DNA of 64,000 nucleotides from Nitrospinales bacterium (GTDB lineage: Bacteria > Nitrospinota > Nitrospinia > Nitrospinales > VA-1): contig CBDCXL010000002.1 of assembly GCA_965223795.1 (NCBI GenBank), forward strand, positions 3,008,001 to 3,072,000. The letters run 5' to 3'. Shown here one piece after another: positions 32,450-41,846 of the stretch. Numbering within the stretch: the first letter of the stretch is position 1; each line of letters starts with the position of its first letter. The notes beneath the pieces are model-generated. The model did not search any database. It was not told the DNA's origin and worked only from the letters and a program-made list of their open reading frames with translations. The position numbers and the translations under genes were made by a program.

Positions 32450-32789
32450 GGTTGGGTCCACTTTTGATTTAGAGATAAGGACGGTTGGGGGAAGATCCGG
32501 GAGGATCGCCTTTTTGGGTCCTGTTTTTGGCGTAAACGATTACTTTTATGGGAAAAACTCCATCTTGTCAAGCCAAAACCCAGAACCCGCGGGCGGACAA
32601 ATCGGCGTTGGAATTCCCCCTTTCGGGCAGGTAAGGTTTTATAATAGCAGGGGCTCGGGTGCCTGGACGGCTTTTTCAGGAATCTCAGGCGCCCTGCCAG
32701 GGTTGGTTGTATAACCTGTGGTATATCAAGCTTTTTTCATGTTCCCGGCGGGCGGACTGCGCGGGATCGAAATTCGTTTCGGGAAAATC

Positions 32790-33665
32790 ATGGACCGAAA
32801 TCATCCCCGGTTGAGCGTGGTCGTTCCCACGTTCAACCGGGCCCATTGCCTGGGCGAAACGCTGGAATCGATCGTGAGCCAGAGTTACCGCGATTTTGAG
32901 CTGATCGTGGTCGACGACGGCTCCACCGACGCCACCGGCGAGGTGGTTCAGCGCTTTGCAAAGGCGCGGTACCTGCGGCTTTCGGAAAATGCGGGCGTTT
33001 CGCACGCGCGCAACCGGGGGATCGCCCTGGCTTGCGGTGAATTCATCTGCTTTCTCGATTCGGACGATCTGTGGCTCAAGGATAAGCTCGAGCGGCAGAT
33101 CGAGTGGATGGACGCGCACCCGGAATGCACGGTGTGCTACACCGATGAGATCTGGATCCGCAACGGGGTGCGGGTGAATCCCATGAAAAAGCACGGTAAA
33201 TACAGCGGCGATATTTTCCGGCACTGCCTGCCGCTCTGCATCGTCAGTCCCTCGTCGGTGCTGATGCGGGCGTCGCTGTTCGAAGAGGTGGGGCGGTTCG
33301 ATGAAAGCCTGCCCGCCTGCGAGGATTACGACCTCTGGCTCCGCATTGCGCTCAGGCATCCGTTTCATTTCATCGACGCCAGGCTGATCGTCAAACGCGG
33401 CGGCCATGCGGATCAGTTGTCGGCGAAGCACTGGGGGATGGACCGGTTTCGCGTGCGGGCCCTGGAGAAACTGCTGCAGCGCGGCGATGTGCTGAGCCCT
33501 GAGCGGCGCGGCTGGGTGCTCGACACGCTGAAGCAGAAATGCGGCGTGCTGATCCAGGGAGCGCTGAAGCGGGGAAACCATGAACGGGCGGACGAGTACC
33601 GCGACCTGTTGCGGCGTCACGGGGCCGTGCCGGACGTTGTTGAAGAAGGAAGCGCTCAATTTTAA
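32790..33665 (+). CDS. Glycosyltransferase family 2
   Basis: SVVVPTFNR, VVDDGSTD, ARNRG, FLDSDD, EDYDLWLR. Confidence 0.92.
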   Translation: MDRNHPRLSVVVPTFNRAHCLGETLESIVSQSYRDFELIVVDDGSTDATGEVVQRFAKARYLRLSENAGVSHARNRGIALACGEFICFLDSDDLWLKDKLERQIEWMDAHPECTVCYTDEIWIRNGVRVNPMKKHGKYSGDIFRHCLPLCIVSPSSVLMRASLFEEVGRFDESLPACEDYDLWLRIALRHPFHFIDARLIVKRGGHADQLSAKHWGMDRFRVRALEKLLQRGDVLSPERRGWVLDTLKQKCGVLIQGALKRGNHERADEYRDLLRRHGAVPDVVEEGSAQF

Positions 33666-33670
33666 ACTGT

Positions 33671-34849
33671 ATGATGGCAGACCCGCGATCGAACATAATA
33701 AATTTCAGCCGCAGGCGCACCGGCATGCTTTACGCTGTGGCAATGTCTGTGCTCGCCCTGTTTTTCGCGTCCGCGGCTTTGCAGGCGGTGGAGCGGCCGC
33801 AGGCGGCGATCGAGAAGATCCGCGCACGCAGCCTGGCAGTGCTTGAGGAAGCGCTCAAAAGCGAGAATGCCTTCGTGCGCGGTGCGGCGGCGCGGGCGGC
33901 GGGGGAGTCGCAAGATCCCGCTCTGATCCCGCTGCTCAAAAAAGCCGCCAAGGATGTCTACCACACGACGCGCCTGTTTGCTTTGAAAGGGCTCAACAAG
34001 GTTTCCAAAGAAGAAGCCCAGGCTCTGGCGGAGACGATGGCGAAGGACGCCAATGTCTGGGTGCAGGGCGCGGCGCTGGAAATTCTGGGGGAGGGGGGAG
34101 CACCCGGGGCACGCGAGCTCATCGTTCCGCATTTGAAATCGCCGGACCGGCCGGTGCGCCTGGCGGCCGCGGCGGCGCTGGTGAAGCTGGGTGAGAAAGA
34201 GTACCTGCCGCGGGTGTTGAAGGTGGCGAGCGACCCCAATGCGCTCGAGCGCTACCAGGCGATCGGCTATCTGGGAACGATGCCGCGGGAGAAAAGCCTG
34301 CCGGCGCTGATGGCCCTGCTGGTCGACGAGGAAGCGGAAACGGTTTATTACAGTCTGCAGGCGCTGGGCAAACGCGTGCCCAAAGAAATGACGCCGCGGC
34401 TCAACAAACTCACGCAAAGCGAAAATCCGTCGGTGCGCACTCAGGCGGTGCTGCTTTTGGGCTACCTGCCTTCCAAGAGTTCGCGCGAGCGCATCCACAC
34501 GCTTTGCGGCGATGCGGACGCGATGGTGCGCGTGTCCGCCGCGGTGGCGATGACGCGAATGGGGCATGCGGACTGTGTCGGGGTGTTCGAAAAGGAACTC
34601 AAGCATCCCGACTACGGCGTGCGCAGCACGACGGCGCGGATACTGGGAGAGCTGCCTTTGGAAAGCAAGGCGGATCTGCTGGCCGGTGTGCTTTCCGATG
34701 CCAACACGCGCGTGCGGACCTCGGCGGTGCGGGCGGTGGCCATGATGGGCGGCGCGCGCGCGTTTCCGCTGCTTGCCGGGATGCTGGACGATCCCCAGCC
34801 GGCGGTCCGCGCCTACGCCGCCGGGGGGCTGATGAAACTCACCCGGTGA
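33671..34849 (+). CDS. HEAT-repeat protein with N-terminal signal/TM segment
   Basis: Repeated D/N-xx-VR-xx-A-xx-LG units; hydrophobic N-terminus. Confidence 0.8.
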   Translation: MMADPRSNIINFSRRRTGMLYAVAMSVLALFFASAALQAVERPQAAIEKIRARSLAVLEEALKSENAFVRGAAARAAGESQDPALIPLLKKAAKDVYHTTRLFALKGLNKVSKEEAQALAETMAKDANVWVQGAALEILGEGGAPGARELIVPHLKSPDRPVRLAAAAALVKLGEKEYLPRVLKVASDPNALERYQAIGYLGTMPREKSLPALMALLVDEEAETVYYSLQALGKRVPKEMTPRLNKLTQSENPSVRTQAVLLLGYLPSKSSRERIHTLCGDADAMVRVSAAVAMTRMGHADCVGVFEKELKHPDYGVRSTTARILGELPLESKADLLAGVLSDANTRVRTSAVRAVAMMGGARAFPLLAGMLDDPQPAVRAYAAGGLMKLTR

Positions 34850-35822
34850 CGCTCTGTCCGGAAAAGGAAGGCAGACCGACGATGCGTCCCTTGCGGCCGG
34901 GTTGCTTGAGCACGCCGGGCAGCGCCTGCACGATCGCGCTGGAGAGGGCGTCCTTGATGGCCTGTTTGTGGAAGGCGCGGCTGCAGACGATGCTGACCTC
35001 GCGGGTGGGCGCGGGATCGGTGAAGCGGCGGATTTTTTTCTTTTGCTCGGATTCGCGCATCTCCTGAATCGCCAGATAAGGCAGCAGCGTGTAGCCGAGT
35101 TTTTTGTCGACCAGCCGTTTCAGGGTTTCCAGGTTGCCGCTTTCGAACACCAGGTTTTTGTGCTCGGCCTTCACGGCTTTGCGTTTCCGGCACAGATCGA
35201 CCACCTGATCGCGGAAACAATGCCCTTCGTTGAGCAGCCAGATGTCCTTGAGGTTCAATTCGTTCTCGGCGATGCGCTGCTGCTTGTGCAGGGGGTGCCT
35301 GGGAGAGAGGTAGACGACGAAGGGTTCGTAGAACAGGACCTGCTCCACGATACCCCGCGTGTTCAAGGGAGTCACCAGGATGCCCGCGTCGATCGCGTCC
35401 TCTTTGAGCTTGTCGATGATCTGCCCGGTCTGCAGTTCTTCGATCACAAGATCGACCTGCGGGTGTTTAGTGATGAACTCTTCGAGAAACAGGGGCAACA
35501 GATAGGGAGCCAGAGTGGGGATCACGCCGAGTTTGAATTCCCCTTTGATTTCCTCTTTTTCGCTGTGGATGATCTCTTCGATGCGCGACACCTCCCACGC
35601 GACGGTCTGCGCCTGCTCGACGATCTTTCTGCCGATCGCCGTCGGCTGCACGGGTTTTTTCGTGCGGTCGAAGATCAGCACACCGAGGTCCTCTTCCAGC
35701 TTCTGGATCTGCATGCTGAGCGTCGGCTGGGTGACGAAGCAGGACCGCGCCGCGCGGCCGAAATGGCCCTCGCGCGCCACCGCCAGGATGTAATTCAACT
35801 GTGTGAGAGTGATAGGTATCAT
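34839..35822 (-). CDS. oxyR: H2O2-sensing LysR regulator OxyR
   Basis: LysR HTH TQPTLSMQIQKLE; redox motif EGHCFRDQVVDLC; divergent from dps and a peroxidase. Confidence 0.92.
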   Translation of the reverse strand: MIPITLTQLNYILAVAREGHFGRAARSCFVTQPTLSMQIQKLEEDLGVLIFDRTKKPVQPTAIGRKIVEQAQTVAWEVSRIEEIIHSEKEEIKGEFKLGVIPTLAPYLLPLFLEEFITKHPQVDLVIEELQTGQIIDKLKEDAIDAGILVTPLNTRGIVEQVLFYEPFVVYLSPRHPLHKQQRIAENELNLKDIWLLNEGHCFRDQVVDLCRKRKAVKAEHKNLVFESGNLETLKRLVDKKLGYTLLPYLAIQEMRESEQKKKIRRFTDPAPTREVSIVCSRAFHKQAIKDALSSAIVQALPGVLKQPGRKGRIVGLPSFSGQSVTG

Positions 35823-35856
35823 CTATGTTATTATAAATTTAATAGATTAGACTTAT
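35812..35856. promoter_or_regulatory. Putative OxyR operator
   Basis: ATAG-N7-CTAT (35812-35826) and ATAG-N7-TTAT (35842-35856) between oxyR and dps. Confidence 0.65.
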
Positions 35857-35919
35857 CAATGAAAATCGCTATCATGGTTTCAGTAAGCACGTTCACCTGA
35901 TTGAACAAGGAGAAAGACC

Positions 35920-36390
35920 ATGAATATCGACATCGGAATCGCTGAAAAAGAACGCAAAGAGGTCGCGCAGGGGTTGTCCCAACTCCTCGCCGATACCTAT
36001 ACTCTGTATCTTAAAACCCACAACTTCCACTGGAACGTCAAAGGCCCGCATTTTCATGACCTGCACCTGATGTTTGAATCGCAATACAATCAGCTGTCAG
36101 AAGCCGTGGATGAGCTCGCCGAACGCATTCGCGCCCTCGGGTTCCCGGCGCCGGGCACGTTCCGCGAGTTCGGTCAGTTGAGTTCCATCGAGGAGGCGAA
36201 GGGCGTGCCCAGGGCCGGCGATATGATCCGGGAGCTTTTGCAGGGGCATGAAACGGCAAGCCGGACGGCACGCGGCGTGTTCCCCGCGACCGATCGTGGA
36301 GAGGATGAGGTCACGAAAGACCTTTTGATCGAACGGATGAATGAGCATGAAAAAACCGCCTGGATGCTGCGGAGTCTTCTGGATGAGTGA
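35920..36390 (+). CDS. dps: DNA-binding ferritin-like protein Dps
   Basis: LKTHNFHWNVKG, LHLMFE, DELAERI, EHEKTAWML. Confidence 0.96.
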   Translation: MNIDIGIAEKERKEVAQGLSQLLADTYTLYLKTHNFHWNVKGPHFHDLHLMFESQYNQLSEAVDELAERIRALGFPAPGTFREFGQLSSIEEAKGVPRAGDMIRELLQGHETASRTARGVFPATDRGEDEVTKDLLIERMNEHEKTAWMLRSLLDE

Positions 36391-36434
36391 ACGCACACAG
36401 GTCCAACCCTAAACACTAATAAAGGAATGGAGCG

Positions 36435-37478
36435 ATGAAACGAAGAAAACAAAAGTTCTGCGAACATACGCCACGAACGGGAGCGCTGCTGATGATCGGT
36501 GTGTTTGCCCTGGGAATGGCCTTGAGCGGCGCACCGGTCCACGCGGAAGATTCTTTTTACGAACCGCTTCCGGAGATGAAGCACCCGAAAGACAACCCGT
36601 GGTCGGAGGAAAAGGAGGAACTGGGAAAATGGCTGTACTTCGATCCCCGGCTTTCGGGGAGCAACTGGATCAGCTGCGCCACCTGCCACAACCCGGGACT
36701 GGGCTGGAGCGACGGACTGCCCCTCTCGGTCGGACACGGCCAGAAAGAGCTGGGCCGGCATTCGCCCACGGTCATCAACAGCGGCTATTTCGAGCTGCAG
36801 TTCTGGGACGGCCGCGCCAAGACCCTGGAAGAGCAGGCCAAGGGCCCCATCCAGTCCTCCGTGGAAATGAAACAGGATTACGATGGGCTGGTTAAGGAGC
36901 TGAAGGCGATCCCCGGGTATGTGAAGCGTTTCGAGGAGGTGTTCGGCAAGAATTCGATCAACATCGACAACATCGCCAAAGCCATCGCGACGTTCGAGCG
37001 GTCGGTGGTTTCCAACAACGCGCCTTACGACTATTACTGGGGTGGAGACAAATCCGCCATGTCGAAAAGCGCCATCAACGGCATGAACCTGTTTTTCGGC
37101 AAGGCAAAATGTTCCATCTGCCACAACGGCCCGGCGTTCACCGACAGCAAGTTCCACAACATCGGCGTCAAGCCGCAGGGTCCGCTCAAAGACGACCCCG
37201 GCCGCTTCAAGGTGACCAAGGAGGAATTCGACCGGGGCGCGTTCAAGACGCCGGGACTCCGGGACATCACCAAGTCCCCGCCTTACATGCACAACGGCAG
37301 CTTGAAAACCCTGGAGGACGTGATCGCGTTTTACAACCGGGGCGGCGATGTGGAAAAAAACCGCAGCCCGTTCATCACGCCTCTGGGACTCAGCAAACAG
37401 GAGGAAAAGGACCTGGTGGAATTCATGAAGGCGCTGGACGGCGAGCCCATCACCGTCACGGTGGGTCAACTTCCTTAA
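36435..37478 (+). CDS. Periplasmic di-heme cytochrome c peroxidase (CcpA/MauG family)
   Basis: Signal peptide; CATCH and CSICH; FDPRLS, FWDGRA, FKTPGLR, PYMHNG. Confidence 0.93.
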   Translation: MKRRKQKFCEHTPRTGALLMIGVFALGMALSGAPVHAEDSFYEPLPEMKHPKDNPWSEEKEELGKWLYFDPRLSGSNWISCATCHNPGLGWSDGLPLSVGHGQKELGRHSPTVINSGYFELQFWDGRAKTLEEQAKGPIQSSVEMKQDYDGLVKELKAIPGYVKRFEEVFGKNSINIDNIAKAIATFERSVVSNNAPYDYYWGGDKSAMSKSAINGMNLFFGKAKCSICHNGPAFTDSKFHNIGVKPQGPLKDDPGRFKVTKEEFDRGAFKTPGLRDITKSPPYMHNGSLKTLEDVIAFYNRGGDVEKNRSPFITPLGLSKQEEKDLVEFMKALDGEPITVTVGQLP

Positions 37479-37497
37479 GTATCGAACGGGCGCAAGC

Positions 37498-37533
37498 AAA
37501 AACCCTCTCTCCCGCGGGAGAGAGGGTTTTTTT
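37498..37533. terminator. Bidirectional rho-independent terminator
   Basis: aaaaaccctctctcccgcgggagagagggttttttt between convergent genes. Confidence 0.85.
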
Positions 37534-37553
37534 TATACGGTTCGACAGCCTGT

Positions 37554-38984
37554 TCAGCAGCGGTCGTAATCGTCCTGGTAGCGGGTGATGTCGTTTTCGT
37601 CGATCGTCTCGCCGATCTGCACTTCGATCAGGATGAGCGGCGTGCTCTGGCTGTTGCCCAGGCGGTGGCGGGATTTTTGCGGGATGAAGACCGATTCGTT
37701 GGTCTGCAGCGCAAAGGTCTTGTCGTCGATCTGCACGTCCGCGGTCCCGGCCACGACGGTCCAGTGCTCGCTTCTGTGGTTGTGGGACTGCAGGCTGAGC
37801 TGCTCGCCCGGATGCACATCCAGCCGTTTCACCAGGTAACCGGCGCGTTTTTCCAGCACCGTGTAGGAGCCCCAGGGCTTGGGCACGGTGGCGGGCAGGT
37901 GCGCTTCGGGGCGTTTTTCCTTTTTCAGGCTCTCGACGATTTTCTTCACATCCTGGGCGCGTTCCTTGGAACAGACCAGCAGCGCGTCGGGCGTGTCGAC
38001 GACGATCTGGTCTTTCAACCCGAGCGCGGCGACCAGCCGTTCCTCTCCCTGCACCAGGGTGCCGGTGCAGTCTTTGAGGATGGCGTTCTCGGTGGCCACA
38101 TTGCCGTCGGCGTCCTTCGGCAGCACCTCATCGAGGGCGGTCCAGCAGCCCACGTCGCTCCACTGGATGCCGGCGGGGATGAGGGCGACGCGCCTGGATT
38201 TTTCCAGAATCGCGTGGTCGATGGAGATCGACGGCAGCTCCTGATACAGGGCTGCACCCTGTTTGTCCAGCACGCGGTAGGGAAATTTCTTTTTGTTCCC
38301 GATCGTGTGCGCGGCGATCGCGTCGAGCCTTTCGTGCAGCTCCGGCAGGTGGGCGAGGATTTCATCGAGGATCGCCGCCGCCTTCCAGACGAACACGCCG
38401 CAGTTCCAGAAATAGCCCCCCTGGGCGATGAACGCTTTGGCTTTTTCCACTTTGGGTTTCTCGACGAAGCGCTGCACCTTGTACGCTTCCGTTTCGCAAT
38501 CGAGCGGTTCGCCTTTCAGGATATATCCGTATCCCGTTTCCGGGCGCGTCGGGGCGATGCCGAGCGTCACCAGGTGCCCCTGCTCAGCCACCTCTTCAGC
38601 GTTTTTTAGAACGGCGCGGAAGTTTTCCGGATCGGTCACGATGTGGTCCGCCGGGAACACGGCCATCACCGCATCGGGATCGTCTTCGATGAGGACGCGG
38701 GCGGCGAAACCGATGGCGGCGGCGGTGTTCCTGCCGACCGGCTCGGCCAGCAGCCGCTGCGGCGAAAACCCGGTGTCCGCCAGCTGGCGGCAGGCCTCGA
38801 TCGCGTGCAGGGCATGCGTCACCAGCCACACCCGCTCAGCCGGGATCAACGGCTCAAGCCGGCTCAGGGTGCCCTGCAGCAGGGTCTCGCTGCCGGTGAT
38901 GTTGAGAAACTGCTTGGGGACCTGTTCGCGGCTTTTCGGCCAGAACCGGGTGCCGCTGCCGCCTGCTAATATGACGCCGTGCAT
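37554..38984 (-). CDS. manC: Mannose-1-phosphate guanylyltransferase / mannose-6-phosphate isomerase
   Basis: ILAGGSGTRFWPKSR, EPVGRNTA, FVEKP, WSDVG, cupin tail SLQSHNHRSEHW. Confidence 0.95.
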   Translation of the reverse strand: MHGVILAGGSGTRFWPKSREQVPKQFLNITGSETLLQGTLSRLEPLIPAERVWLVTHALHAIEACRQLADTGFSPQRLLAEPVGRNTAAAIGFAARVLIEDDPDAVMAVFPADHIVTDPENFRAVLKNAEEVAEQGHLVTLGIAPTRPETGYGYILKGEPLDCETEAYKVQRFVEKPKVEKAKAFIAQGGYFWNCGVFVWKAAAILDEILAHLPELHERLDAIAAHTIGNKKKFPYRVLDKQGAALYQELPSISIDHAILEKSRRVALIPAGIQWSDVGCWTALDEVLPKDADGNVATENAILKDCTGTLVQGEERLVAALGLKDQIVVDTPDALLVCSKERAQDVKKIVESLKKEKRPEAHLPATVPKPWGSYTVLEKRAGYLVKRLDVHPGEQLSLQSHNHRSEHWTVVAGTADVQIDDKTFALQTNESVFIPQKSRHRLGNSQSTPLILIEVQIGETIDENDITRYQDDYDRC

Positions 38985-39276
38985 GGATGGACTCGAATTG
39001 GAGGTGGGTTGGGAGATGCCGGGAAATCCTTGAGATTAAAAAGCTTGATCGCACATTGAATTTGTTTATGATAGGGTTTCCGCTTTACAAGCGCGGTGGC
39101 ATCCCGATCATGGCTCCGGAACGTGAGAGGAACGGAATCGCTGTGCGGAACTCCGGAGGTGGAATCCATTCTAGCGGAATTGACATCCAAGCACTAGTAA
39201 AAACCCGATTGCGGACGGAGACCCCCCCGTCCGTTTTTTTAACGAATTTTGAGTCACAGCAGAAAGCGCCGGCTGA

Positions 39277-40002
39277 ATGGAAAAAGCGGTTTTTTATCCC
39301 TTCCTGTTTTTCGTGTTCCTGATCACCATGATCGGCGGATGGATTCCCACGGTGCGGCCGTGGTCGCAGTCCACGTTCCGCATGATCATCAGCTTCTGCG
39401 CGGGCGTGCTGCTGGGAGCGGTGTTTTTCCACATCCTGCCGGAGATCACCTCGGTGCTGGGCGGCACGGTGGGGTATTCGATCATGGCGGGATTTTTGAT
39501 GATCTTCGTGATGGAAAAATTCATCATGGTGCATCCCTGCGAGGAAGGCGAATGCGATTACCACTCGATCGGCCTGTCTGCGTATGTGGGGATCGGCTTT
39601 CACAGCATCCTGGACGGCATCGCCATCGGCGTCGGCAGCATGATGAACCTGAGCCTGGTGATCATCCTCGCGGTCACGGTGCACAAGTTTCCCGCGGCGC
39701 TGGCGCTCAGCAGCCTGTTCGTCAAGGGCGGGACCTACAACCGGCAGAAGATCCTCACTTCGATGTTCATCTTTTCCCTGGCCACGCCGCTCGGGGCGAT
39801 CGCGTCGCTGTTTCTGTTTCAGGGGCTCGATCCCACGGTGCTCGCGGTGGCGCTGGGCATCTCGGCCGGGACCTTCCTGTTCATCTCCACGGCGGACCTG
39901 CTTCCCACGGTGTATGAGGAGCACGACAAGAAAGAGTACAAAAACCTCGTCTGCCTCTGCCTGGGCATTCTTTTCATGATCCTGTCGCACGGGCTCGTGT
40001 GA
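39277..40002 (+). CDS. ZIP family divalent metal transporter
   Basis: AGVLLGAVFFHILPE, FHSILDGIAIG, VHKFP, AGTFLFISTADLLP. Confidence 0.9.
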   Translation: MEKAVFYPFLFFVFLITMIGGWIPTVRPWSQSTFRMIISFCAGVLLGAVFFHILPEITSVLGGTVGYSIMAGFLMIFVMEKFIMVHPCEEGECDYHSIGLSAYVGIGFHSILDGIAIGVGSMMNLSLVIILAVTVHKFPAALALSSLFVKGGTYNRQKILTSMFIFSLATPLGAIASLFLFQGLDPTVLAVALGISAGTFLFISTADLLPTVYEEHDKKEYKNLVCLCLGILFMILSHGLV

Positions 40003-40097
40003 CCCTCCCGCCCCGCGCGGCCGCCGTCCGATCAATCGGCACTGGGGATCGCGGCCGCTCTGTGATTCAATAGAGAAAAAATGGATTTTTGAGGACG

Positions 40098-41846
40098 ATG
40101 AAGGACTTCTTCCGGGCGCTTCTGCCCTATATGAAACGCTACCGGCGCGAGATGGCCATCGGCATGATCGCGCTCTTGGTGACCGACGCCGGCTCGGTGG
40201 CGATCCCCTGGCTGCTCAAGGAATTCGTCGACCTTTTGCCGAAGGAACCCTCGGCGGCGACGCTGCTCAAATATTCCGGGCTGCTGTTCGCGGTGTCGGT
40301 GGTGCTGGCGATCGGCCGCTACGGCTGGCGCAAGTACATGTTCGGTCCTTCGCGCAAGGTGGAGTTCGATATCTTGAACGGCCTGTTCGAGCACCTGCTG
40401 ACGCTGGACCGGTTCTTTTTTCAGAACCGCAAGATCGGCGATCTGATCTCGCGCGCGACCAACGATCTGCGCGCGGTGCGGGATTTCGTCGGGCTTGCGC
40501 TTCTCATCCTGGTGGACACGACGGCGGTGATGATTGCGGCGGTGGCGCTGATGCTGGTGATCCACCCCATGCTGACGCTGTGGGTGCTGCTGCCCCTGCC
40601 GCTGGTTTCGGTCATCTTTTTTGTGCTGATCCGCGAGATCGGCCGGCGGCATCAGGCGGTGCAGGAGCATCTGGCGTCGCTCACGGCGCGGGTGCAGGAG
40701 AACCTCGCGGGCATCCGCGTGCTGCACGCGTTCGCGCAGGAAGAAATCGAAAAGCAGCGATTCGATGCACTCAACCGCGAGTACATCCAAAAAAACCTCA
40801 GCGTGACGCGGCTGTTCGCGCTGCTCTCGCCGTCGCTGGTGTTCGTTCTCGGCGTGTCGGCGGTGATCTCCATCTGGCTGGGCGCCAAGGCGGTGATCGC
40901 GGGCGACATGACGCCCGGCGAGTTCGTGGCGTTCAACGGCTACCTGATGATGCTGTCCTGGCCGATGATGAGCATCGGCTACGTGACCAACCTGACGCAG
41001 AAGGGCAAGGCCGCGATGCGGCGTATCCAGGAGCTGTTCGACGCTAAGCCCGTGGTGCGCGACGGCGCCGAACCGCACGGTTCCATTCAAGGCCGCATCG
41101 AAATCCGCAACCTTGTGTTTACCTATCCGGAATCCGAAGCGCAGAGCTTGAGCGGCATCGACTGCACCGTCCCCGCGGGGCAGAGCGTCGCCATCGTCGG
41201 CAAGATCGGCTCGGGAAAAAGCACGCTGGCGCAGATGCTGCCCCGGCTGTGGGAAACGCAAGCAGCGGACAGCGTGCTGATCGACGGCAAGCCGGTGCGG
41301 GCGTTCCCGCTGACCCGGCTCAGGCAGAGCATCGGCTATGTGGATCAGGAACCGTATTTGTTTTCCATGTCGATCCGCGACAACATCGCGCTGGGGAAGA
41401 AGGACGCCACGGACGCGGAGATCGACCGCGTGGTGCAGCACGCCGGTCTGGTGCCGGACCTTGAGCGCTTTCCCGAAGGGCTCGACACGATGGTGGGGGA
41501 GCGCGGCGTGTCGCTGTCGGGCGGGCAGAAGCAGCGCATCGCCCTGGCCCGCGCGCTGATCAAACAGCCGCGCATTCTGATCCTCGACGACGCATTTTCC
41601 AGCCTGGACGTGGAGACGGAAGAGACCATCCTGAAAAGCATCCGCGACACCATGAAAACCACGACGACGGTGATCATCACGCACCGCCTGTCGATCGCCG
41701 CCTACGTGGATCAGATCCTGGTTCTGGACGCGGGCAGCGTCGCCGAGCGTGGCACGCACGCGGAGCTGCTCAGGCAGAACGGACGCTACGCGCAGATGCA
41801 CCAGAACCAGGCGCTGGCGCGGGAAATGGAAATCGAGCTGCAATGA
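40098..41846 (+). CDS. ABC exporter, TMD+NBD subunit 1
   Basis: TM domain, Walker A GKIGSGKS, LSGGQKQR, degenerate Walker B ILDDA. Start 40089 or 40098. Confidence 0.92.
   Translation: MKDFFRALLPYMKRYRREMAIGMIALLVTDAGSVAIPWLLKEFVDLLPKEPSAATLLKYSGLLFAVSVVLAIGRYGWRKYMFGPSRKVEFDILNGLFEHLLTLDRFFFQNRKIGDLISRATNDLRAVRDFVGLALLILVDTTAVMIAAVALMLVIHPMLTLWVLLPLPLVSVIFFVLIREIGRRHQAVQEHLASLTARVQENLAGIRVLHAFAQEEIEKQRFDALNREYIQKNLSVTRLFALLSPSLVFVLGVSAVISIWLGAKAVIAGDMTPGEFVAFNGYLMMLSWPMMSIGYVTNLTQKGKAAMRRIQELFDAKPVVRDGAEPHGSIQGRIEIRNLVFTYPESEAQSLSGIDCTVPAGQSVAIVGKIGSGKSTLAQMLPRLWETQAADSVLIDGKPVRAFPLTRLRQSIGYVDQEPYLFSMSIRDNIALGKKDATDAEIDRVVQHAGLVPDLERFPEGLDTMVGERGVSLSGGQKQRIALARALIKQPRILILDDAFSSLDVETEETILKSIRDTMKTTTTVIITHRLSIAAYVDQILVLDAGSVAERGTHAELLRQNGRYAQMHQNQALAREMEIELQ

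Noticed and set aside
38985..39276. Possible ncRNA or metal riboswitch upstream of the ZIP transporter
   Set aside because: A TTGACA and weak hairpins are present but no recognisable riboswitch or Zur/Fur box; insufficient support.
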